Assembly: GCA_918797485.1 (NCBI GenBank)
Contig: CAKKNE010000006.1
Span: 3,038,001 to 3,102,000 of the forward strand
Origin: Pelagomonas calceolata
Taxonomy: Eukaryota
DNA: 64,000 bases
Direction of reading: 5' to 3'
The position numbers were made by a program, and so were the translations under genes. Positions 30,201 through 38,437 of this stretch are shown here, piece after piece. The notes beneath the pieces are model-generated. The model was not told the origin of the DNA, made no database searches, and saw only the letters and a list, made by a program, of their open reading frames with translations. Position 1 is the stretch's first letter. Each line of letters opens with the position of its first letter.

Positions 30201-31979
30201 GACGTCGAGTCGCGGCTCGCCGCCGCGGAGGCGGCCGCGGCCGCGGCGTGTCGGGACGTGGGGGCGCTCGGCTCTCAGCTCGAGCGCGTGGCGGGCATTG
30301 CGAGGCGGCCCTACGTAGCCCGAGGAGCAGTGCGGCGCGAGGCCGACGCATTACGCGTGGCTTTGAGGGGCGATGCTGGCGCCTTAGCCGTCCTCGCGTC
30401 AGTTGTTGGGCGATGCGATTCTGCTACTGATGCGGCGTCCGACGCGCTCCAAGGGGCCCTCGTCGCCGCGCTGGGCGCGCTGGCCCGCGGCGCGGAGGAC
30501 GTCGAGTTGCGGCTCGCCGCCGCGGAGGCGGCCGCGGCCGCGGCGTGTCGGGACGTGGGGGCGCTCGGCGCTCAGCTCAAGCGCGCGGCGGACATCGCGA
30601 CGCTGCCCTACGTCGCTCAGAAAGCCGTGCGGCGCGACGCTGACGCGTTGCGCGTGGCTTTGAGGGATGATGCTGGCGCCCTAGCTGTCCTCCGGTCGGT
30701 CGTTGCACAATGCGGTACTGCTACTCATGCGGCGTCCGTCGCGCTCCGGGGGCCCCTTGGCGCCGTGCTGGGCGCGCTGGCCGGCGGCGCGGAGAACGTC
30801 GAGTCGCGGCTCGCCGCCGCGGATGAGGCGTGTCGGGGCGCGCTAGCGCCAGTCGACCTGCTCGCTCGCGTGGCGTCGGCCTTAGACCGGGCCCGCGCGG
30901 CTTCCGGAGCGCGCACCGCTTTACCCGCGGAATTTTCCGACCTTAGAAATGACCTCATCGCGGCTTCTGATGCTGCATCGACCACGGTTCCGACGCACGC
31001 CCTGGCTGCTCTGAGAGCGATCGCCGCCAACGACGCGGCCGTGGCCGAGACGGAACTACTCGCAGCGGAGAGAGCGGTGGACTCGAAGCTACGCGCGGCG
31101 GCGGCGTTTTGGACGGCTGAGGCGAAGCGGCGCGCTGCGGCGGGGCCGGAGGTGTCCGCTCTCCTAGAGCCAGCCGCTTTCCTAGAGCAAGTGACGCGGG
31201 AGTACGGCGGCTGCGACATTAAGGTCTGCCAGGTCGTCCGCTCGGCCGTCGAGGGGCTGGCCCAGAAGGACGCCGCCGTCGTGACGGGTCGGGGTTGGGT
31301 CGAACATTTGGACGACGCCGGCTTCCGAGACCTGCCGAGGTCCGTCCTCTGCGTGTTCCGCGAGCTCGAGTCCGTCTGCCACGAGAAGGCGCGCCAGTGG
31401 GTGCCGGCCCTCGTAAGGAAGGCCACGGCGGCGCTCGCCTACCTCGACGCGCGCGAGGGCGGCGCGGACCCGCGCGCGGCCGAGGCCGCCGCCCAGGCCG
31501 TCGCGGAGGAGCTGCCGCGGTCGAACCGCGAGATAGCACGGAACTCGCGCGTCGAGACGCCCGTCGAGGAGAATCTTCGCTTGCTCAAGCGCGCGCTCGC
31601 CGAGGGCCTACGAAAGAAGGAGCCGAAGGCCGATGGCACCGCCAAGGCGCAAGGATGGGGGGAAAACCTGTCAAGGCCCGAGCGTCGCGAAGCGCTCCGG
31701 GCGTTGGGGAAGTCATCGCCTGAGATCCTCAAGGAGCTCGCGTGCCTGCAAATGTGCAAACGGGCGTTCGGAACTGAGTTGAAACCGGGGTTTGGCCCGA
31801 GGCTCCGCGAGGCGGCCTTCTCGGTGCTCGAGGAATTGGACGCCGCGGCCGCAAACGCGCTCGTGCGCCCGCCGGAGCTGATACAGTCCGAGTCCGCGCC
31901 GGCGGTCGCCTCGAAGTCGGTTCGTAAATCGAAGCGGCAGAGGGTCCTGCGCGACCCCAACGTCGACGCGCAGGGCTGA
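27291..31979 (+). CDS. giant helical orphan protein (~1560 aa; frame open from 26949) with four 99-aa tandem repeats
   Basis: uninterrupted ~5-kb ORF; repeat starts at 29691, 29988, 30285, 30582. Confidence 0.75.
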   Translation: MTLKDIKKQLLTLCTVQAVNLHGGRFAKCVEKCVKKLFSLNKRLDVVKFDRSIWSYYFHGRTDWELRGVARALRSLGVYTVTLIDGFGQTIVKVRHTGKFVRFRVNPLCICCAWLGRNHAAVLALGLYVPDDLYDLAARVREDAALVASQSKPQEADYEAYKNAGFCVVREGDVGALLDAVQQKLGSGTVLAGVGDADAAGSLMELLLPDLDVADLTNDGDAGLVNSYITHERNLGRFAVYDTRFEDDQRRKMLWTALNLCGEGDCMVRDVLSRTTQRDSVRFTAISGRIDSGRITTLDQLFAEVGASRDQRLHVIYALTTYVNGVWCVDGTPKPLRILATAEQYARSSLTRNRVAVRRAVLASSADSKLVEAVFEAAFSTARGYYGVKDVAAALMEISQGATKVHVLDRREAVLKDVDEAFDDATAVLATSALAENFGEAELQGLLAEVYKDKAWLALTNDSVFFPPSREEVDCRGAEVAFAALKKKADDVKSRLELFYRLISRAEQAVSHAGEASRRAIDALDRLAAGSSVLDAAIAAATSHIDSIDAAVVGRAASAFNLAVEAWKQNNVEGVTAQIDALKAAVDPALVMGLQGCAVRLHSAVVDATWASQQRVPEVTRSTLEALSAHGSLSASLRDHLKTFFDQCAAETDLDRFLGVLNEELAGGLRWGTLHAIERAAGVASTALGRASSVRRIVDGVIDRVRYFEKSCFGGPTAYVALQTLLGSGDAATEGSLEQLIVEDLDTLSHALVPIVQQALLADEPSVDEVLETFDRTVADVWRKLGAADTPSARRRALVSRVADIARRPYVAGETVRRHTDALRAALSGDATAQATLASVDARCGTATDAASVELRGRLVAALGALAGGADAVESRLAAAEAAADRACRDVWALVARLARVADIAALPGAAREAALRYADALRATLSGDAGAEALLVSVVGRCGAATDAASDELRGALVAALDALARGADDVESRLAAAEAAAAAACRDVGALGSQLERVAGIARRPYVARGAVRREADALRVALRGDAGALAVLASVVGRCDSATDAASDALQGALVAALGALARGAEDVELRLAAAEAAAAAACRDVGALGAQLKRAADIATLPYVAQKAVRRDADALRVALRDDAGALAVLRSVVAQCGTATHAASVALRGPLGAVLGALAGGAENVESRLAAADEACRGALAPVDLLARVASALDRARAASGARTALPAEFSDLRNDLIAASDAASTTVPTHALAALRAIAANDAAVAETELLAAERAVDSKLRAAAAFWTAEAKRRAAAGPEVSALLEPAAFLEQVTREYGGCDIKVCQVVRSAVEGLAQKDAAVVTGRGWVEHLDDAGFRDLPRSVLCVFRELESVCHEKARQWVPALVRKATAALAYLDAREGGADPRAAEAAAQAVAEELPRSNREIARNSRVETPVEENLRLLKRALAEGLRKKEPKADGTAKAQGWGENLSRPERREALRALGKSSPEILKELACLQMCKRAFGTELKPGFGPRLREAAFSVLEELDAAAANALVRPPELIQSESAPAVASKSVRKSKRQRVLRDPNVDAQG
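29691..30840 (+). repeat. 297-bp tandem repeat, ~4 units
   Basis: RVADIA...DALR.AL.GDA...CG.ATDAAS..LRG.LVAALGALA.GA..VESRLAAAE repeated. Confidence 0.9.
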
Positions 31980-32308
31980 GTGGCAGCTGCTGCACGCCGG
32001 GGTAAGAGTGTCGTGTGAAGTTGAAAATTCAAGATATTGTTGGTTTATTGTTACGGTGCTAGAACTAGTGGGCGGAGTCCCTTGGGGGGGCACGCTAGCT
32101 AGCGGATAGCAGCAGCAGCAGCACCCGTGCCCTCGCGCGGGCGCGGCCGGTGTCGGCGCCGACACCGCGGCCAACGCCTCCCATGACGCCGCAGCCGACG
32201 CCGTGCACACAGGCCGCGGCGCTGCGCGCGAAGCTGGACCGCGTAGCCCAAGCCAACACCGCGGAGGTGCGCGCGCGCGACGCCGAGATCGCGAGCCCGC
32301 ACGCTTAC

Positions 32309-32397
32309 GAGCTTTGGCAGCCAGGCTCGCGCCAGGAGTGGTCCGGAGCGAGTTCACAGGATAGTAACACGCTAGGGCCAGGTATGAAGGACCGGTG
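32309..32397 (+). repeat. diverged direct repeat, right copy
   Basis: matches 25417-25518. Confidence 0.75.
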
Positions 32398-32502
32398 TTG
32401 ATCGACGGCGGACGCGCGGCGCCCGAGCCCACGAGTCCTACCACCGGAACGCCGTCGACGCGAGAAGGAGACTAGTATCACGTAGAGTTAAACACAATAG
32501 AC

Positions 32503-33174
32503 CTACTTCGCCGTCTTCGCCTTCTTCGGCGGAGAGACGAAGTCGCTGATGCCGAGGAACTTCTTGCAGACCTCTTTATTGGAGCGGTAGCGCTTGCCGT
32601 CCGACGAGTGGAAGTAGTAGTCGATGCCGCCTTCCGTGTTGCCCTCCATGCGCTGCTTGCAGGTGACGGTAATTTCCCGCTCGACCTTGTCGGCGTCGCC
32701 ACCATTGGCCTTGACGAACTCGATCAGCTTGAGCTTTCGTTCCGCACATTTGTCCGCGTTGTCGCCCGTCGACAAGCGAGGCTTCTTCTTCGTTTCGCGG
32801 TGGAGTCTTTGCTCGAACAACCACCGGATGTATTTCCGGGCCTCGTCTCGGTCGGCATCCGTCACGCCGAGCGGATCCGCGTCGTCGGGCACGTAGGGCT
32901 CCACCGGTGTACTATACAGACTCTCGTAGGGCGGTCGCAATTCCACGGCATTCCTCGTCGCCATCAACGCGTCCTTCACAGACTGATCTTCGATGTGGAT
33001 GAAACCCTTGATGATGTCGTTGGCTAAGTCACCCCTCGAACCGCCGAGATCCAGGACCATCTGCAATGACGTGGCGCACTTGTACCTATCGTACCTAGCC
33101 GCGGACGTGCCCCTCTTGGGGTTTTCTTGTTGTAAAGTGCAGCGCGCGCGCATGTGCTCCGGGCTGAACTTCAT
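32503..33174 (-). CDS. protein with an N-terminal NPK...RY..YK module and a C-terminal methyl-CpG-binding (MBD)-like domain
   Basis: KQRMEGNTEGGIDYYFHSSDGKRYRSNKEV fits the MBD pattern R..G...G..D.YY.SP.GK.FRS..E. Confidence 0.7.
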   Translation of the reverse strand: MKFSPEHMRARCTLQQENPKRGTSAARYDRYKCATSLQMVLDLGGSRGDLANDIIKGFIHIEDQSVKDALMATRNAVELRPPYESLYSTPVEPYVPDDADPLGVTDADRDEARKYIRWLFEQRLHRETKKKPRLSTGDNADKCAERKLKLIEFVKANGGDADKVEREITVTCKQRMEGNTEGGIDYYFHSSDGKRYRSNKEVCKKFLGISDFVSPPKKAKTAK

Positions 33175-33651
33175 TTGTGCCTTCTTGCTGTTGTTTTTTG
33201 CGTCGCGGCGGCGGCGTCTAGCTGCGGTTTCGCGCGCGCGCGGCTGGAGTCAAATATCAGTCGCTGCGGCGTACGCGTGGAAAATCGCTGCAGTTACGGC
33301 TCTGTGACAGTGAGGAGAGATGCCCTGTGTCCGCGCGTCGCGTGCGGGCTCGTATTTGCAGAGTTTGGCTCGACCAAAATGCCCACAAAACCCGAATTCA
33401 AATCGTGTCGTGTTTCCGGCCAATCCATGCGTATGAAGCTTGCCGATGAGTCGTCCAGAAGCCATCCAGACAAATGGAGGGATGATACGTGCTCGAGATT
33501 CGGGCCGATCACTCGACGCTGCCGCGCTTGAGCAGCTTGGTTACACGTGTAGGAACGCGCTGGGGACGCGAGCAGCGATTCACAAACACCACAGGACTCG
33601 TGTGCGCCACTGTCGCCATCGGTGCGTCGTGAGGCGCCCTAAAACACCGCT

Positions 33652-35231
33652 ATGATGTCATATTGCAAATTGCTGCTGCTTTGGGCAGCAGCGGCACGCC
33701 CCGTCGCGGCATGTAGGTTCATCGCCTACTGCGGCAACCGCACGGTCGACGCGCGAAAACTACTCTTGGACGGCGAGAACAATTTACTCGCCCTAGCGAC
33801 GAGCCGACCGCTCCTCCCAGCTCTCTCGCTGTCGAGGCACTACGACGAGGCACAAGTACCACTAAGGAACGTGGAGAAGAACCTGGATGGCTACGGCGTG
33901 TCCTGGTACGAAGAAGGCGAGTCCTTTCCTCGCAGAGTCAGAAGTGCCAATCCGATCATCAAGGATAATGTGTCGGATGCGACCTTCCAGAATTTGTTGG
34001 ATGGGCGGGCCGCTGTGTGGAAATCGACCAGTGAGTTAGGTTATTTGCGGAGACCTTCGTGAACCTCCACGCCATCGAACCGGCGCGGTCGCGTCGACAA
34101 TGTCGCGTCGATGGCTGAAAACCACGCTATCGAGCAGACAGCTACGGAGACAACATCGCGTCGATGGCGTAGGGCGCCCGAAATTTGATTTCCACACAGG
34201 CGCGCCGTGCCCATGCTGTTCCGGGCTTCATTAGATGTTTGTGTGGAAGAGCCGCAGCCACCTTCACAAGTAGCTCTTGAATCTAGAGCCGTCTTCGCGC
34301 ACGTAAGGGCCGCATCCCCCAATTCGACGCAGAAGGAGACCAATTCGCACCCGTTCGCATTTCATACGTTAACATGGCTCCACAATGGTCATGTTTGGGG
34401 TTTTGAAAAGTTTCGGGAGCAGCTCATCGCGAAGCTTCCCAGGAAATTGCTGCCGTTGGTCGCCGGCGACACTGATAGTGAACTGGCCGGTGCTGTGTTT
34501 GCGTCGCATCTCGCGGGGTTTCCTTATCGGAAGACGTATGATTTGGTCGCGTTGCGGGCGGCGATGCTCGCGACGGTGGCGAATCTGCGGGAGCGCTCGT
34601 TGCGGGTCCACGAGAGCGAGGGTTCCGATCTGTGTGGAAATCAACCAGTGCGTCGGGCGCACCGGCATCACCACGTCATCGAGCAGGCGTCGCGTCGATG
34701 GCGTGGAGGTCGACGCGAACGATTCAGCACGAACGATTCCACACAGGTTCCGATGTCTGCCCCGACATGCCGCCCTCATCTCTAAACTTCGCTGTTTCAG
34801 ATGGTACATCCCTGGTCGTTATAAGGTTCCGGTCCTCGATGAGCGAGGACCCGCCCACGCTCTACTACCGGATTGTACCAGAGGGCGTGATCGTCGCCTC
34901 GGAGCCGTCGTCTTCAGACGCCGAAACGCTCAGGGAGTGGACGCTGCTCGGCAAAAATAGGATGCTCTCTTATAGTCCCTCGACGGGCGTCCACGTCGAG
35001 TGCGTCTGCCCGCACAGCTGCGACGACGACGTGTCGGCGGCGGCGCACTTTTCCGGGCGGTCCGAGGCTGACGCCGTTGTTGGCAAGGGCCTGGTTTGGT
35101 ACGCCGCCGCCACGGTCCTGGCGTTCCTGCTGGGCCGGCGGTGGCCTGCTCGGTCTTTATCTGAGGAACTGGCGCTTTCTGTCGTCACCGTGTTGTTAGC
35201 CTGGTGGTGCCTGACCACTCCTCCATGGTGA
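33652..35231 (+). CDS. class II glutamine amidotransferase (EgtC/DUG3-like Ntn hydrolase), 3 exons (33652-34004, 34200-34621, 34747-35231)
   Basis: CRFIAYCG, NLDGYGVSWY, FAHVRAAS, NSHPF, WLHNG, GDTDSE, SLNFAVSDG, VASEP; two introners removed in frame. Confidence 0.88.
34013..34199 (+). mobile_element. introner (intron 34005-34199, GC-AG)
   Basis: TIR ctgtgtggaaatcga/ttgatttccacacag; TSD gcgggccg/gcgcgccg. Confidence 0.9.
34630..34746 (+). mobile_element. introner (intron 34622-34746, GT-AG)
   Basis: ctgtgtggaaatcaa...gattccacacag; perfect TSD gttccgat. Confidence 0.9.
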
Positions 35232-35302
35232 GGCCGTTCCCAGTGTAATTATGTGTGAAATTGAACCCCGGATCGCCGTGGGGGCGCGTCGACAGCGTTT
35301 AG

Positions 35303-35322
35303 CTAGCGGTCTAAGACACTAG
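35303..35322 (+). promoter_or_regulatory. CTAG-bounded intergenic motif copy
   Basis: ctagcggtctaagacactag upstream of the selenoprotein gene. Confidence 0.65.
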
Positions 35323-35632
35323 CAAGTACCTCAGGCCACGCTGGCGGCCTTGTAGCGGTGCGTAGAGTCCACCAGAGTTGGCTCCAGTGCGCAAGGATCG
35401 TCTACGTGTGGCTGGTCGACGGGTAGGCTAACCTCCGTAGCTCGGGAGACAGCGTACGTGACACTGCACACTGTATGACCAACGCAGCACTCGTGCCGCT
35501 AGATCTCGAGGACGGAGTCGTAGGCTACGACGCAGTCCTAGCAGAGATCAAGTGATACGCGACGTCTGAAGGCACCTACGCGCTCCCATACGTGTCGGGC
35601 ATCTTTTGTATTTTACCAGCAGCGGCGATACT

Positions 35633-36367
35633 ATGGTGGCGACTCGTATCATCTTAGCGCTGGCGCTGGCGCAAACTTCGGCGCTCGTCCCACCAGCAAG
35701 GCGCGTCGCGACGACGCTCGCCGCCACACAGACTGATTGCGGCTGCGAGGTCATGACCGGGGACGTCCCGACCAAGGCGCAGACGATGCGCCATCGATCG
35801 GTGGTCAGCGACCTGCCCCTCCTCACGACCGACGGCACGCGAACGACGCTCAAGACTTCGATACCGGAGCGCGTCGCCGTCGTCGCGTTCCTGCGGAGTT
35901 TTGGGTGACCCTTCTGCCAGGAGCTCCTCGTCCAGCTGGAGAGGCGGCGCTCGGAGCTCGAGAAGGAGGGCGTGGGCCTCTACGCCGTGGGCATCGGCAC
36001 CTCTGAGAAGGCGCGACTTGTGGCTGACCACGTCGGCTACTCCCCTTCGAAGTTACTGGCGGACCCGGACAATTTGTTGTACGACGCCCTTTCCTTGAAT
36101 GCGGGTTTGCAAAGAACTTTTTTCAATCCATCCACACCCTACGCCATCTTGGATCGACTCACATCAAATAAAATGGGCGATTTGAATGACGTGCTCGGCA
36201 AGTGGGGAGACGCGTTCATCATTCCGCCCAAGCAGAGCCAAGCGTTGAACCAAGGGGGCTTGTTCGTTTTTGACGGCGAGGACAGCGCGTTCGTCCACTA
36301 CGACGCGTCGACGGGCGCGCACGGCGATCTCGACCAGGCCGTCGCCGTCGCGCTCGCTCGAGCCTGA
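35633..36367 (+). CDS. AhpC/TSA-like (PRXL2/SelU-type) selenoprotein; TGA 35906-35908 read as Sec
   Basis: VVAFLRSFG-TGA-PFCQE (UxxC) continues in frame into GLYAVGIG...LLADPDN...QGGLFVFDG. Confidence 0.88.
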
Positions 36368-36377
36368 ATACTCGGTT

Positions 36378-36441
36378 GCGCGTGTTCGTGACGCGCCAAG
36401 TTCCCTCGTACTGCGGGGCTTGGCGCCGACTTCATACGCGC
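36378..36441 (+). other. SECIS element candidate
   Basis: helix I gcgcgtgt/atacgcgc, core GUGAC(36388-92)/CGAC(36427-30), helix II gcgccaag/cttggcgc; starts 11 nt after the stop codon. Confidence 0.72.
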
Positions 36442-36887
36442 GCCGGGGGCGTTTGTTAAATGTTTATCCTCCTACTGCCTGCGCGGCGCGCTCGCGCGAA
36501 ACTGCAGCCAAGCACAGTACCCCTGCTCGACGAAGTCTGGACCAGTAGCCTCGGGCGACGACTGCGACCAGGAATATTTGATGTCTCTTGATCGTCACGA
36601 CACCCGCGCACGCTTACTTTCATTTGAGGGGCGACAGGCAAAAACTGCTCCTGCCGCATTTCCTCAGCCTATACATTGATATAGCTCGGAAAAGCAGACG
36701 CCACCGGAACTCCGTTTCGCTGCGCTCCTCGTCGTGCAAAAAAATCGCTGGTCGCAGCTCCTCCGCAGCTGTAAACACAGCAAGTTTCTGCAGCAGCTAC
36801 AGCAAAGCTGCAGCGTTCCTAGGCTCCGGACACGAGTTCCGCAGCGCCGCCACTACGTCGCAGACAGCCCGGCGAAGCTAAGCCACG

Positions 36888-38370
36888 ATGATGCGCGCCG
36901 CCCGCCGCACCTTCAGCGAGATGAAGCCGCGCACGCGATTCGCAGCGCATAAATCAAATGTCGCATCCGCACGCCATCGCCGCGGCGCCTGCACGACGGC
37001 GTGGCGGCGCAGCGCCCTGACCTCATAGCGACTCACACAGGCGCTTCGTCATCAAGACCTTCAACAAGATCAGCCCGCAGGGCTTGGAGCGCTTTAGACC
37101 GGAAATGTACCGCATTAAACCGGGCGAGGACCAGCCTCCGGTAGCACATGCCATCATGCTCCGCTCCCACAAGATCCAAGATAGCGACGTCCCGTTGACG
37201 TGCCGAGCCATCGTGCGGTGCGGCGCGGGCACGAACAATTGCAACGTGCCGCGGATGACGGAGCTCGGGATTCCCGTCTTTAATACTCCTGGGGCCAATG
37301 CCAACGCGGTGAAAGAGTTGGTGCTTTGTGGGTTGCTCATGGCTTCTAGAGGTATTTATGAGGGTGCCAGTCACATGACGAAGTTACATGCCGAAGGCAC
37401 GGCCCACGAGCGCATCGAGAAGGACAAGGCCATGTTCGGGGGGCGCGAGTTGACGGGCAAGACGCTCGGGGTCGTCGGTCTCGGCGCCATCGGTGCGGCC
37501 GTGGCGCATTCCGCCATCGCCCTCGGCATGAATGTCGTAGGGTACGACCCCGGGTTGTCCGTCGAAGCGGCTCTCAGACTACCTTCCGGCGACATGGAGA
37601 TGGCGTCTTTGGAAGACCTCGTCGAGCAGAGCGACTACGTGACGCTACACGCTCCTTACATCAAAGATGTCACTCATCATTTGATCAACGCCGAGTTGTT
37701 GGCGAAGATGAAGCCCGATGCTAGTCTCTTAAACTTCGCGCGAGGCGAGTTAGTAGATGAAGCGGCTCTCAACGAGCGCTACGAGGATGGTGGCGGTGGT
37801 AGGTACATCACGGACTTCGCCGTTTCGGACGAGTTGTACCCGAGACCGAACGTCATCTCCATCCCGCACTTGGGAGCGTCCACGGAGGAGGCCGAGGCGA
37901 ACGCGGCCGCGATGGCCGCCGACACGGTCCAGCTCTACCTCGAGACGGGCACGATCAAGGACAGCGTCAACTTCCCGGCCTGCTCCTTACCGGCGCGCGA
38001 CGAGGAACATGTCCACCGCTGCACCGTGATCACGGAGAATCGGCCGGGCATGCTCGGTGACTTGATGAGCGTCTTCGGCGACGCTAATCTCAATGTGGTG
38101 CAACAAATAAACACCTCCAAAGGAGAACTCGCGTACAACGTGATTGATCTGGAACTTCCTAGAACGGCAGATGGGAAGGTCGACGTCGGTGAATTCGGCA
38201 CCGGCGACTTTGATAAGTTGCAGGCCAAGATCATGGAGGTGTCCGGGGTGAAGTCGACGCGGTTCATTTCGGACTGGTGCCCGGGGACGGGCTACGCCGT
38301 CAAGGTCGATGATCAGATCATCGGCATTGGCGTGGATTCGCCCGAGCAGGCGTCGTACGCGGAGCTCTGA
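36888..38370 (+). CDS. PGDH: D-3-phosphoglycerate dehydrogenase with ACT domain, 2 exons (36888-36934, 37041-38370)
   Basis: RCGAGTNN, FNTPGANANAVKELV, GVVGLGAIG, NFARGELVD, PHLGASTEEA, NRPGMLG. Confidence 0.93.
36943..37040 (+). mobile_element. degenerate introner (intron 36935-37040, GC-AG)
   Basis: cagcgcataaatcaaa...actcacacag; TSD gcgattcg/gcgcttcg; splicing gives KPRT|RFVIKTFNKIS. Confidence 0.75.
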
Positions 38371-38437
38371 ACAAACTATCGCCTGGGCAAGTCCAAGTCC
38401 CCTCGAAGGCGATATCGTATCGATTAACTAGTGTCTA

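Larger units (their letters stand above)
25634..32075. mobile_element. candidate inverted-repeat-bounded element carrying a giant orphan ORF
   Basis: 25634-25663 is the reverse complement of 32046-32075 at 27/30 positions; no recognisable transposase. Confidence 0.5.

Noticed and set aside
26949..31979. giant ORF as a transposase, reverse transcriptase or viral protein
   Set aside because: No DDE, HUH, RT, tyrosine recombinase or helicase motifs recognised
35330..35600. compositionally even intergenic stretch before the selenoprotein gene
   Set aside because: No repeat, ORF or fold could be supported by eye
35906..35908. TGA as a pseudogenising nonsense mutation
   Set aside because: It falls at the redox Cys position, the downstream frame is intact, and a SECIS-like hairpin follows
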